Assembly (NCBI RefSeq): GCF_004010195.1
Contig: NC_057728.1
Span: 30,939,178 to 31,003,177, forward strand
Direction: 5' to 3'
Length of the DNA: 64,000 nt
Origin: Chiloscyllium plagiosum
Lineage: Eukaryota
Part shown: one piece after another, positions 50,177 to 62,760 of the stretch
Numbering within the stretch: the stretch's first letter is position 1
Layout of the letters: the number at the start of each line of letters is the position of its first letter
The notes under the pieces: model-generated
What the model saw: only the letters and a program-made list of their open reading frames with translations
Database searches by the model: none
What the model was told of the DNA's origin: nothing
Made by a program: the position numbers and the translations under genes

Positions 50177-50966
50177 GGGGAATTATGCAGTTAATAAAGC
50201 AGTAATTTTGCATTTCCCAAGAGCTGCTGGATTTTGTTGTTTCTTCTCCATTTTGAATTGCAAGTTGTTAATCCCTGTATAGGGCTGAGGCAGCCCTGTT
50301 CCTGAAACTTATTCCTGTTCTTTTAATTTATACACTATTTGCAGGGATGGGGCTAGAGCAGTTTAGGTGTTTAGTGTCACCTCTGGCCCCGTTTCTGTTT
50401 TTTTTTAAGATTTTCCATTGTGTTACAATCATTTTCTTGAACTAATCAGGCAAAGCATCAAGTTTACGAAGCTATAGAGGTGCAAATCATTTTACTAGCA
50501 AATTACTTGATTGTTCGATTTACTTTTGAAATTTTAAACAATGTTTATTTTAAAATGTGGGCTGAATAATGTTTTATTTAATTGAACAGAACATATGTTA
50601 CCATTTAAGATGATTATATGATTTCCTCATGTTACAAAGCACATTTCCTTTACATTTATTTTGAATAAATTCGCAGAAAATGTAATTAATCTGTCTATTG
50701 TAGCCTCCCATCAGCTCCCTATTTTCTTACATCCAAAGTACAAATGTTCAGAATCTACCTTTTTTCAGTTAAGTTGCAACATGGTGTTTGCAGATATGGA
50801 AATGAATTTAGCAAAATATATTTTAAACCGCGAATCCCATTTGGCCGATCTGGCAATTACATTTTCTGTGCCACTCGATACTGAATCTTTTTTTAAAAAA
50901 ACCCGTATCTACCCACTTCCCAATTAGATTGCAGAACATTATTGGAATTTATGTAATCTTCGGTTC

Positions 50967-51968
50967 CTAAAAGGAATGGTCTGGTGCTTCCCCGGTAAGC
51001 TTTAACTGGGGACAACTTGTACAGACTGGTGCGTTTTGAGGCGCACACTTTCTCCGGACTGAGAAGATGTCCTGTTCGAGACCTCTCGTGCTGCTCCTGG
51101 GGTGCACTTTATGTGATTTAAAAGACAGAGTCCAGCACCATGTGCGGTATCTCTTTGCTACCAATACGTAAATAACTGAATTGACACACGGATAGAAATA
51201 ATTAAGGATTGTGCAACCAAAAAAGAGCATTTCCCAGTTCTGTCCGCCATGGCATGCACCTAAATACAGGCAGAGCTCTAAGACGTAGCTGGGCAGCCAA
51301 CACGCAGAGAAGGAGCCCGTGGCAAACAGGATCATGATAGACGCCCTCCTTGTGTTTCTGGAACTAACCAGGGACATCATGGGACTCTTCAGAAGGAAGA
51401 TTGCAAGACGAATGTAGTTATAGGCGATCACCAGCATGGGTACCAAGTAAAACACAACGAACTGAGCCAGAATGGTCTTGTATTTGTGCTGGTATAAACC
51501 CGAGACGCAGAACGTGGTATTGTGAGTTCCTGTCCCTGTTGTGGCGTTGATCCGCAGCGGTATGGCGACAGCGAGGCTGAAGACCCAAACAAAGACCAAC
51601 AGGACCATGCTGAGGGTCATTGCAGGGGGTCTGTGAGGTTTCATGATGAACCAGGCACGGGTGATGGAGACAGCGCAAAGGGAGTAAGCGCTGGCAGCCC
51701 CCGAGAACGCCACGAGGAACTGAAGTATCTTGCAGAAGAACCTTCCAAAGGGCCACCTATACTGCAGGGCAGCCACGATCAGGAAGGGGTCCAGCAAAAG
51801 AGCAATGAAATCTGCCACGGCCATGCTCACCAACAGGATGTCCAAGCGGTTCTTCCGGAATGAGACATACTTGGTAAAGATGTAGAACACCAATGTGTGG
51901 GCGAAAACCCCAACCAACACAATGCCAGAGCAAATACTGGCGAAGATGATGCCATATGTAAAAGTCAT
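50967..51968 (-). CDS. Class A (rhodopsin-like) orphan GPCR, galanin/somatostatin/allatostatin-receptor-like; main exon
   Basis: Intact 333-codon ORF with 7 hydrophobic helices; TM2 MAVAD, ECL1 WPFG..FCK, TM3 AVSITRA, TM4 VWVFSL...P, TM5 FYLVP..Y, TM6 FSACWLP, TM7 CVNSVIY, helix 8 KRYR. Confidence 0.9.
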   Translation of the reverse strand: MTFTYGIIFASICSGIVLVGVFAHTLVFYIFTKYVSFRKNRLDILLVSMAVADFIALLLDPFLIVAALQYRWPFGRFFCKILQFLVAFSGAASAYSLCAVSITRAWFIMKPHRPPAMTLSMVLLVFVWVFSLAVAIPLRINATTGTGTHNTTFCVSGLYQHKYKTILAQFVVFYLVPMLVIAYNYIRLAIFLLKSPMMSLVSSRNTRRASIMILFATGSFSACWLPSYVLELCLYLGACHGGQNWEMLFFGCTILNYFYPCVNSVIYVLVAKRYRTWCWTLSFKSHKVHPRSSTRGLEQDIFSVRRKCAPQNAPVCTSCPQLKLTGEAPDHSF

Positions 51969-52083
51969 GATTAGAAATTCAAAGCATCCTGGGTCTTCTT
52001 TCGAAAGGCAGCAACAAGTGATCTTGGTCGACAGATATGGAGGCCGTTCTCTTCAGGGTGGGTAGCTTTTGGACATCTCAAAC

Positions 52084-52102
52084 CAGATGTTCCGTTTGCC
52101 AT
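52084..52102 (-). CDS. Putative 19-nt first coding exon of the GPCR (MANGTS)
   Basis: ATGGCAAACGGAACATCTG|GTTTGA. Splicing to the AG at 51999-51998 gives in-frame MANGTSEDPGCFEFLIMTFTY with an N-glycosylation sequon. Confidence 0.45.
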
Positions 52103-52959
52103 AGGTTCGCTCTGAAGAATGCAGTGCATGTTAATCACTGCCGGGAGAAACAACATCCACGCACATTCATTGAAGCGGCACTGTTTCACCGCCGCATTAA
52201 AAAGTAATGAATTACAAGGTCTTCCTGCTTTTAGATGACGTTATACATAGCTCAATCGATTCGATATCGACAAGTTCGATCCTCGTACAAACAAATCAAA
52301 CGTGGCGCATTCAGGTAACCCAGTTCAGAAAACAAACCTGCTGTGAATAATTAACTTTTTTCGATTTAGTTTTTGGAATACTTGGGCTTTTCTTCCCCCC
52401 TGATAACACCCAGCCCCAGCTCACAGCAATACCTTCTCGACACTATCAGAATACTTCTCTGCAATTCAGCACAATGATACAATGGCCGAGGGGTTAGGGG
52501 AGGCGGGCACAGAGAAAAGATTTTGGACAAGAGATGATTTGGGGGGGGGGGGGGGGATGGAATTTGAGGAAGAACGTTTTTATGCAGTGTGTTGCAATGA
52601 CCCGGAGCCGATTGACTATGAGAGTTGTAGAAGTGAGAAGAGTTAATGAATTCAAATGAAATTGGGTGGACACTAGAAGGAAGTAAACTTATTGGGTTGG
52701 GGATTGAACGGAATGGGACTGATTGGATTGTTCCAAAGTGCCGGCATGAACTTGATGGGGCAAAGAGCTTCCTTCTGTGCACTAATTGCTCTGTGACTCC
52801 ACTTGATCAACTAAAAAAAATCTTGCAATTAAATATTAGGAAGGCTAAAGGCATTGTCCTTGGTTTCTCTTTAAAAATCTATTCCTTAGTCACTGACTTC
52901 ATGGCTGACAACTATCTGAAGTGAAACCAAAGCATCTGTTATATTTAATCTCAAGATAA

Positions 52960-53410
52960 GTTTCTGGCCACATACATGCACCATACTAATTTCACTTATT
53001 TCCACCAACATAACATTTCCTGACTGCGCTCCCTTCTCTGCTTATTGATTGCTTGAACTCTAATTCATTTCTCTCCAGACTTGACAATCTCAAGGGGCTT
53101 CCACTTTTTACCCTCCTTAAACTTGAGATCATCCAAAGTTTTGCTGTCAGTGACCAAGCTCACCAAATTCTATTCACTCACCAACCATATCCCCATTGAC
53201 CAACACTAATGGCTGGTAAAACAACTCTTCAATTTTAACTTTCCTACCCCTGCTTTAAAAATCTGTTGGTGATCCAGCCTATTCCAATCTCTGTAACTCT
53301 TCCAGCTGCACGACTCTCCCCAAGAGATCACTACTCCTACAATCCTGACTTCTTCAGCATCCCATTTTTAACCATCCATTGATGCTTATGCCTTCAACTC
53401 TGGCAAAACT
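52960..53410 (+). mobile_element. Old L2-like LINE fragment
   Basis: Degenerate LIH..SRLD, L.IIQ...A and H.P....HWL..Q...FK pattern of the L2 ORF2 C-terminus. Confidence 0.55.
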
Positions 53411-53544
53411 GCTAATCATGTAATCTAAATGTCGTTATGTTGTTCAGTATCTTATAGATTGGAACATTTTACTATAATGTTTAAATATGCTATTAAAACA
53501 AGATGTTGTCATTATTGCAGTAAATCTTGATGATATCATCAGTA

Positions 53545-54215
53545 GAGTCATAGAGATGTACAGCATGGAAACAGACCCTTCGGTCCAACCCGTCCATGCT
53601 GCCCAGATACAATCTGGTCCCACCTGCCAGCACCCAGCCCATATCCCTCCAAACCCTTCCTATTCATATACCCATCCAAATGCCTCTTAAATGTTGCAAT
53701 TGTACCAGCATCCACCACTTCTTCTGGCAGCTCATTCAATACACATACCACCCTCTGCGTGAAAAAATTGCCCCGTAGGTCTCTTTTATATCTTTCCCCT
53801 CTCACCCTAAACCTATGCCCTCTAGTTCTGGACTCCCTGACCCCAGGGAAAAGACTTTGCCTATTTGCCCTATCCATGCCCCTCATAATATTGTAAACCT
53901 CTATAAGGTTACCCCTCAGCCTCCGATGCTCCAGGGAAAACAGCCCCAGCCTGTTCCGTCTCTCCCTATAGTCAAATCCTCCAACCTTGGCAACATCTTT
54001 TCTGAACCCTTTCAAGTTTCACAACATCTTTCCGATAGGAAGGAGACCAGAATTGCATGCAATATTCCAACAGTGGCCTAACCAATGTCGCCCATTGGCC
54101 CATCTGGTCAAGATCCTGTTGTAATCTGAGGTAACCTCCAATTTTTGTGTCATCTGCAAACTTACTAACTGTATCGTTTATACTCGCATCCAAATTTATG
54201 TAAATGACAAAAAGT
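53545..54215 (-). mobile_element. CR1/HER1 3' fragment with internal deletions
   Basis: [21 protein letters not shown]|TLVRPLLEYCMQFWSP; RLGLFSLEHRRLRG; tail CTCTATGACTCT. Confidence 0.92.
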
Positions 54216-54264
54216 TGTAAATCATTGAGAAAAGTACTAAGCATAACTATTATTTGTAAGTAAC

Positions 54265-56030
54265 AACTTGCCTTTAGATACTGCCGATAAATCCCAAGAT
54301 GCTTCACAAGGGCATTGTTAGACAAAAATAATGACCTGAAGGAGACAGGAGGAGTGATGATTAAAATCTTGGTAAAACAGGTAGGTTTTAAGGTGACTGT
54401 TAAAGAAGAGAGGGTTTGAAAAGCAAAAGAGATTAGTGAATTTAGGGCTTAGATACCTTAAGGCATAGATGCAAGGTGTGAGGTGAAGTGAGAGGAGGTA
54501 TACAAAGTTCAGAATTGAAAGATTGCAGAGTTCTTGGAAGGTTGCAAAGAAGAAGAAATTATCCAGATAAGGAGGATTGAAATCAAAAGTGGATTTGAAC
54601 ACAATGAGAATGTTAAACTGCCTCGTATGTGCAGGAAGGCAAAAGTCAGTATTAGTCAGAAATCGCAAGGTATAAAGTATAAGATGGAGTTGGTGCAGAT
54701 TAGGATACAAAGAGCTTTGAGAAGATGGATGAGCTAGAATATATGTCGGTTGGAAGACTGGCCAGGAAAGCATTGATTTGAAGGAGCCAGTGTTGGACTG
54801 GGGTGGACAAAATTAAAAGTCACACAACACCAGGTTATAGTCCAACAGGTTTATTTGGAGGCACTAACTTTCGAAGTACTGCTTCTTTATCAGGTGGTTG
54901 TGCAGCAGAATCATTAAACACAGACTTTATAGCAACAGAATTGCAGTGACATGGAATGTAATATTAAACAAATTTAGCTTAAATCTTTCATCTTTTAGAA
55001 TACCCATGTTAGTTTCAGTTCCTTCATATGTAAATCCCAGAACCTTTTTAAAGTTACATTCTTAAGACAGCTGTAACAATAGGCACCATCTCAGCTCAGA
55101 TTGAAGGTGTGAGGTTAAAATCTGTCTGTGTCCCAATGTTAGTTAGGTTGATTCTACTTCTAAAGTGATATTTACAGAATGGTACATGGATTTATGCAGT
55201 TTTTAAGCAAAATAAAATGTAATTCTGCAAATATAAATTCATCCCACAAACTTATATGTGTGTGCATGCTGGGGAGACCGAGTGAGTGTGTGCATGTGGT
55301 GTGAGTCTGTGGGAGTGTGCGTGTGCGTGTATGCGTGCGCTTGTGTGCACGTGTGTGTATAGTGCAGCGGGGTCACCTGTAGTGTGACATAAACCCAAGA
55401 TCCAGGTTGTGGCCATCCCCATGGGTATGGAATTGGATATCAGCCTCTGCTGGGCCACTTTGTGCTGTTGCCTGTCCTGAAATCTGCCTTGGAGGATGGT
55501 CACCCGAAAATCTGAAGCTGAATGTCCTGGACCGCTGAAGTGTTCCCTGATTGGGAAGGAACACTCCTGCCTGGTGATCATTGCTTGGTGATATTGGTAT
55601 AGTTGTAAATGGATGCAATGATGACATGGGTAAATGTTTAGGGTAGGATCCTAAACAGATGGACATAAAAAAATGGAGCCATGCAATGTTATAGAAGTAC
55701 AAGTATGAGGTCCTTGCAAAGGAGAATTTGGCACTTATTTTTTAAACAAATAAGATACTGCGATGGTAACTTTAACCAGAGAGGAGATGGTTTGAGTGAT
55801 TAAGGTGCAGAGTTTGTAGTAGGACATGAACCTAACAGTTCTGACCTTCCCAACATTTTAAAAAAGCTATTGTGACTCATCTAGGACTGGATTTTGGGTT
55901 TATGTACATAAACAGAGGCTCATAAACTGAGACAGTAGGCTACAGGATTGAGAACACTGAAAAGAGAGAAAGCTGGATATTATCAGTTTACAAGTGAAAC
56001 CTGGTGGCACATGGGGTAGAATTGTTTGCT
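54265..56030 (-). mobile_element. Old L2-like LINE remnant split by a Penelope insertion
   Basis: Purine-rich plus strand typical of reversed L2; minus-strand HLKTYLFYQDF (LKT.LF..AF L2 C-terminus) at ~54360-54400. Confidence 0.55.
54790..55585 (-). mobile_element. Penelope-like element 3' part (GIY-YIG C-terminus, (CA)n-like tract, pLTR)
   Basis: PIREHFSGPGHSASDFRVTILQG...KVAQQRLI...HTHGDG.NLDLGF; pLTR with AATAAA and a hammerhead-like core at 54862-54897. Confidence 0.85.
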
Positions 56031-57109
56031 CACAGCAATTGTTCAATAGCAACTCTGTTTAATTATTAACACTTAATCACCTGGTTGGTTCAATTACCTC
56101 ATGCTTTCTTTTGAGCCTCAACATAATAGTTTATTTTAGAATTAAAACTCCTAAGATTTATTTCTATGTGTATATATAAATATTCTCAATGTTTGTGATA
56201 GTTTCATACAACAGATAGTTGACAGTATTTCTCATATTAATATGTTTCTGTTTCTGGATTTCTAATAAGATCATATCTCTTTAAGATCAATTTGTACTTC
56301 AGCCAGCTTTTATTAATTTTCTGTTAATACCTGAAGATTGCCTTCCTGTTTGTTTTCCAGAAAATTGAGTTAATGGCTTTTATCGGAGGGTGACTATGAT
56401 TGTATTTTACAGGGCTGTGTTAAGTTTTAGAATGTAAACACTATCTTATCATCATATTTTAAACAATCCATGTTGATGATATTTTATGAGATGAGGTGCA
56501 CACCTGTTCAATATCATGTTCTGTTTGATCTTCCAAGCATTTTCTATCTGAGCAGGTTTTAGGAGAATATTATCAGAAAATACTGTAGTTGAACTGTGCA
56601 TATCTTTGACAGAATTATATCAAATGCATGGCTCTGTCATGCATACTATATAATAGCAGAGGAAAACAGAGAAACAAGCCTGAGCTCTGAGCATTCTATT
56701 TATTCTTCATTTTATATCCAAGAACAGAGTCTGTCAAAGCAATACAGTGTTTATGTAAAAGTCTGCTTTTAAAGTCAGAATAAAATATTCCATTAATAAA
56801 AGAAAGGCAAGGACTGAAAATAATGAGACATTATTTAAGGAATTGTAGCAATTAAGCTCTGTACAATTTAACATACAAATCCTATTTTACTTTGGTATTA
56901 TCTATTCCAGTTCTAAAGGTCCAGCTGCAATTCAGATTTATTTTGTGTGTGATATTGTGAATTATTTTATTCATTTTAATAATCAGAACTTCAAAAACCT
57001 AAGTGCATTAATAGTCCAGTGAAGTTTGGAAGTGGAAACAGACAGGTGTAATGAATATTTTTATGGTTGACAATAAGGGTTCTTGAAAGGTTCGCTTAAT
57101 TCATTTCAG

Positions 57110-58710
57110 ACTAATGGAAAAGGATGACATGGATATAGACATCAGGGTAGGGACTGTGAAATACTGGCAGAAATTAACTTACAGCAAAGAGATACTAGAG
57201 GAATTAGCAGGCTTAAAAGTGGGTAAATCCACAGAGTGTTAAGGGAGGCAAGGGAGGAGATATCAGGGACTCTGGCTGTAATTTTTAAATACTCTCTTTT
57301 CACAGGTGAGGTGCCAAAGGACTGGAGCACCACTATCATTGTCCCAGTATGAAAAAGGGAATGAAGTTATCGACCAAGAAATTGAAAAAAAATCATTTTA
57401 ACCTCAGTGGCAGGGAAATTATTTGGAAGAATTCTGAAGGGTAGGATATTTCTGCACCTTTGGAGATGCAGATTAATCAGAGATAGTCAGGATAAATTTG
57501 TTAAGTTCATGTTTGACAAATTTGATCGAATTGCTTGAGGTGGTAACTAGGAGTGTTGATGAGAAATGTGCATTTGATATGGTCTGCATGAACTTTAGCA
57601 ATGCTTTTGATAAGGTCACTCATAGCAGACTGGTCAAGTAGTTAAGAGCCCATGGGATTCAAGGCAGAGTGACACATAGGATCAAAAATTGGCTGAGATA
57701 CAGGCAGTGAAAGGTGATGGTATGGAAATGTTTCTGTGACTGCACATCTGTTTCCAGTTGGATTCCACAGAGCTCAGTGCTGGGGCCCTCACTGTTTGTG
57801 GTATACGTTAGTGATTTGGTCTTACATGTAGGAGGTATGAGCAAGATGTTTGCAGATGTCATGAAAATTGCTGGGTGTTAAATAGTAAGGAGAATAGCTG
57901 TAAGCAGCAGGAAGATATGAAGGACATAGCAATGCCGAATTAAATTCAACCCAAAAATTATGTGAGGTCATGCACTTGGATAGGGCTAACAAGACAAGGG
58001 ATTACTCAATGAATGGCAGGACCTTGGCAAGTACTGAACAACAGAGAGGCTTTGGTGTTCATATCCACAGATTCCAGAAGCTAGTACGGCAGGTAGGGTT
58101 GATTAGGAAGCATATGGGATCCTTGCCTTTATTAGCTGAGACATAGAATACAACAGCAGGGGGTTAATGCTGCAATTGTATAAAATGCTGGTTAGACTAC
58201 ACCTGAAATACTGCATGCAGTTCAGATAAACAGATCATAACAAAAATGTGGCTGCACTAGATGTGTGCAAAAATGATTTTCCAGGGTGCTGACTGGGCTG
58301 GACAATCTGATCTATAAGGAAAGATTGGGTAGGTTAGACAGCAAAGGTTGGGAGGGGAGTGGATAGAGATGTATATGATTATGAGGGGCATTGATACGGT
58401 AGATGGGAAGGTATGCTTTCCATTAGTAGAGGGGCCAATAAATAGAGTGCACAGATTTAGATTTCAAGGTAAGATAGGAGGTAGAAAGCTAAGAGGAGAG
58501 TTGAGGAGAAATATTTTCATCACAGTATGGTGAAAGTCTGGAAGGGTGGTTGAGTCAGAAAGTTTCATAATATTTAAGCAGTACAGTAGTTGGATATTTG
58601 CTTGCATTTCCATAGCTTCCAGCATTATAGGCCAAGAACTGGAAAATGAATGTACTAAGATCAGAGCTTTGTTGACTGGTACTGACATGATGGAATGAAT
58701 GGCCCATTAA
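57110..58710 (+). mobile_element. Old CR1 LINE RT-to-3' fragment
   Basis: Degenerate TGEVPKDW, NFSNAFDKV.H, IPQSSVLGP, FADV, CEVMHL, LVRLHLKYCMQF and a CR1 tail. Confidence 0.85.
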
Positions 58711-59439
58711 GGGAGTTTATCCCTTATCTGGCTATGTCACATATAATGATTTTGCCAGATTTACTGTTTTTTTAATTGAAGGAGTCATAATCCCGCTTGC
58801 CTACATTTCTTTTCACTGTAAAATTATTTCCCATATTTTATAACATTATTTTATACTGCACTCAAAATAAGCTCTACACTCCCATTTAATGATACAGAGA
58901 AGACAGGATCAGACGCCCCACCGGCCACTCAAGGCCGAGGACGATCCACAAGACGGGCGGCTGCCGGAACGGGCAGCCTGCAGCTCCCAGACACGGTCTG
59001 TGCCTCTCAACACTCTCAATCGATCAACAATCGAGTCGGACCAGCTATCTACCTCCCCACTAATTTACCAGGATTCCTAATTTTTAGAGAATAAACGCAG
59101 TCTTTCAGGATGTATTGTGGCACCAAACACATTTTTGTTTGTACTGACTTGGCTGAAACCTCTGAACTGTAAAGCAGAAGCTAGCCATAAAATTGCATGT
59201 GAATATTCTTATACTAACATGTAAATAAACCAGCTAATTTTATGATATTATTGAACAGAACAATTGCCTATGAATGTGTACTGTCCATTCCTCAATATTC
59301 ATATCAATTTTGTTTGCTTCTGACAGGGAAGCCTGAAATATGAAATTATTATATATGAAGCAACATTGCAAAAGTAAGCAGTAAACTGTAATTTGTCACT
59401 ACATGCTAAAAGCTGTTTCTATAAGGATTAAGGCTGTAT

Positions 59440-59600
59440 TCCAGAAATGAGATATTCCATTCTAATAAAGAGTCATATTGGACTTGAAATGTTAACTCTG
59501 CTTTTCACTCCACAAATGCTGTCAGACCTGCTGAGTTTCTCTGGCGCTTTCTGTTTTTAGTGCATAGCACCAGCATCTGCAATACTTTACTTTTATATGA
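59440..59600 (+). mobile_element. Penelope-derived short repeat, decayed
   Basis: GAGTCATATTGGACTTGAAATGTTAACTCTG...TGCTGTCAGACCTGCTGAG...CAGCATCTGCA; same family as 38760. Confidence 0.7.
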
Positions 59601-60489
59601 TTGAGATTTTCATTGTTTTTTAATAATGACAATGGAATTTATAATAGAAAGGTTTATATAGAGGTATGTGACATTGCTCAACAACACACAACTATTATTA
59701 GATATAACCTTAATAAGTTATTGATAATACTGCTATATGTCATATGTTGATTACTTGAGGCCCTGATGGTAAAAATGGTCATCATCAGTGATGCCCTATG
59801 CTCTCAGGAATGTAGCTAGCTGATTAAAATGCTGGCCTCCTCTTGTTATTCTTGCACTTCATTTGGAAAAATGATGAAGTATTGCTCTTGATAATCAAGG
59901 CTGTGGTGAATTGTTTGATGCAGTGGTATGTGCAAAGATGGTATACTGACAATTACCACTAATGATGCTTAAAAATGAATCAATTGCAAAAATTGTTCAA
60001 TGTCATGGTCATAAAGCTATCCCAGTGCTGGATGTCATCTGCAGTTCAAATACAGTTTTGTAAAGGGCATAACCTGAGGACTGCAGCCCTGCTGAAGGGA
60101 TGAAAGCAGAGGATGTTGACTTCCAATTTGCACATTGATCAGTGCCAGGAGCCTGTCTCACCAATACAGCATCTTTTTCTTTGCATGGATAATTCCTCTT
60201 CATCCTAAATCCAGTACCAATAATTGTTGATCTAAATATAATGCCCATGGTCAGCATTATTTTCAGTTCGAGGGTAAACCCTTGGCAGCAATGATGTTGT
60301 TATGGGGAGGTGGATATTAAGCAATCACTGATTTGAAGAAAACCAACAGCAAACAATCAGGTTTGCTCTACTTAAGGTTTACATTATGAGTAACCCAAGG
60401 GTCACGTGACTACGCTCCAAACAGTCACATTTTCTGGCTTAAGTAAGTCAATTATTAAAGCTCCCAAGCCACTCTGCTGCTTTTGAGAA

Positions 60490-60609
60490 TAGATTAGAGT
60501 GGTGCTGGAAAAGCATAGCAGGTCAGGCAGCATCCGAGGAGTGCTTTTCCAGCACCACTCTAATCTAGACTTTGATTTCTAGCATCTGCAGTCCTCATTT
60601 TTGCCTAGT
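60490..60609. mobile_element. Penelope-derived hairpin element with a 26-bp perfect inverted repeat and a 15-bp flanking direct repeat
   Basis: TAGATTAGAGTGGTGCTGGAAAAGCA (60490-60515) / TGCTTTTCCAGCACCACTCTAATCTA (60542-60567); TGCTTTTGAGAATAG at 60478-60492 and 60610-60624. Confidence 0.85.
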
Positions 60610-61294
60610 TGCTTTTGAGAATAGTTTTCATTAAGTCAAAGTTGATTTATATTGATACATTTTAATTTATAAGCTGGGTCATCTTTTAGCATGTTCTTTG
60701 CAATTATTATGGTGCACCAGAGGAATGAGATTGAGGAGTTAAGGAATGGGAACAAACATTTTAATGTTGCTTTTTTCCCTTTTATTTAATTGAGTATAAA
60801 ACCATGTTCCAAATCTATTCCCTCATTTATGTTGGGCCCAATTAAAAGGCAATGTGTGTAGTTAACCTTGGAAGAAACAAATAAGCGAAGCACATCTGTA
60901 AATTATATTTTTAATCTGTTTCTTTTTGTTATTTTGGATATTTAAGTGAAAATTTTAATTAATGTCAGCTTTATAAATGTTTGATTGACCTTAGATCACC
61001 CCAGTCTCAACATATGTTCACAGTCTGCCACACAAATACAACTGTGAAGAATTAATTTGGGAGGGGGGGGGAGCGGGAGGTGGCACTCTCTTCATAAGAA
61101 AAGCACTAAAGTTTTATTTTCTTGATTATAATTGACTATATGATAAACAGATTTAAAACATTTTGGTGTGACACCCCTGCTGAAAATTATTTTGAGTTGT
61201 TTGGTTTGAAAATTAAGAGCATTTTACCACTTTCTGAAGACAGTTCTCCTTTAATAATTTACCATGGAAATCTATAACTTTCTCAGTAATAATA

Positions 61295-62760
61295 TCAGTA
61301 TGAGGAGGCTATTCTGTCCTTTGAATATGTTGCAAAATTCTACAAGGTCATGGCTGATTCTATATCTCTATTTGACTTTTCTACTCAACCTTCATACCCC
61401 TTGAACCCTTTAATACTCAATCTGGTGAGAAAGCAGAGTTAACATCTTGGGTCAATTTAACTCTGCTTTCTCTTCACAGGTGCTGCCAGACCTGCTGAAT
61501 ATTCGCAGCAATTTCTGTTTTTGTTCCTCTCACCTTATGAATAAGTTCAGTGAATTTATCTTAGATATCCTCCAAGATTAGTATATTATTTTTTAGGTAA
61601 GGTGATCAAAATTGTGCACAATTCTTTGGATTTTTCAGACCCTATATAATTGCAGTAAAACTTCTACACTTTTGTACGTTGAACTCTTTCGAATAAAGGC
61701 CAATGTACTATTTGTTTCCCGACTACCTCATAAAATTTGCATGTTAGCTATCTGTTATTCATATACAAGGACATTCATCATTCTGAATACCCATATTTCC
61801 CCAGACACTCACCAATTCAAGCTATTCTGTTACTCTATTTTACCTAACAAAGTAAGTAACTTCACACTCCTTCATGCCATCTTCTGGCACACTTAGCTAG
61901 TCTGTCTCCTTTTGGAGCCTGTTTATATCCATTTCACAGATCACTTTTCCATCTGATGTTGTATAATCAGTAAACTAGGATACACTAACGTTCATATAGT
62001 TTCCTTATCTAAGCCATTGATATACAGAGACTCCTTCTGTTGCAACATGCCAAGTTGAAATTGATCCATTTTCTACTAAGTAACAGATCCACAATCCATG
62101 CCAAGTATTTCACCCACCTAATGAGTCCTATTTTCTACTTGAAAATTCAAATAAACTAAGATAAAGTTGCTATAGGGCTGCTCTCTTATTAGAGGAGATG
62201 GCAGGTGGCAGTTTAACCTAAGGCTCATCAAGCCTCAAGTGAGGGGGCAGATATTGAGAAGGAGAGTCCTTCATGGTAACCTCAGCTGGTGCAGGAATTC
62301 AGCTCACGCAATTGGCATCACACTATCACAAAACAGACAACTGAGTCAACAGAATGGCTAGCAGTATTTCAAATCAGTAATCATATTATGATTTTTTTAT
62401 GATTCCTGGTATCATGATCTTGAGAATCAATTCTCACATTTACCCCACTAATGTCCTCAGGTTATCTGGGCAATTGTTTTCTCTCTATTTCCTTTCTTGA
62501 ACAGCAAAGTTATGTTTCTGGCTTCCAATCTGTGGGAACGATTCCAAAATGTAAGGAGTTCCAGAAAATCAAAACTAATGGCATCCACTAACTTTGTAAT
62601 GAGCTTTTAAAATTTAAAGGATATAAGTCATTAAGTCAAATTGATTTGGTAGGTTTTGTTTTCATTCCATTAATTTCGCCTGTGCCATTTCTTTTAAGTT
62701 TCTTATTGTCTTATTTTTTGTTTCTGCACTGTTTGAGGAATATTTTAGTATGTTGTTCAC
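61295..62760 (-). mobile_element. Old CR1 debris with an embedded Penelope-derived repeat (61425-61525) and SINE (62176-62350)
   Basis: Degenerate CR1 3' UTR at 61295 and RT-like reversed segments; GCTGCCAGACCTGCTGAATATT arm; SINE body shared with 47830. Confidence 0.6.

Noticed and set aside
51418-51863. Overlapping alternative-frame and antisense ORFs within the GPCR
   Set aside because: Expected by-products of GC-rich coding sequence.
60009-60257. 82-aa minus-strand ORF
   Set aside because: No recognisable domain and no convincing exon boundaries.
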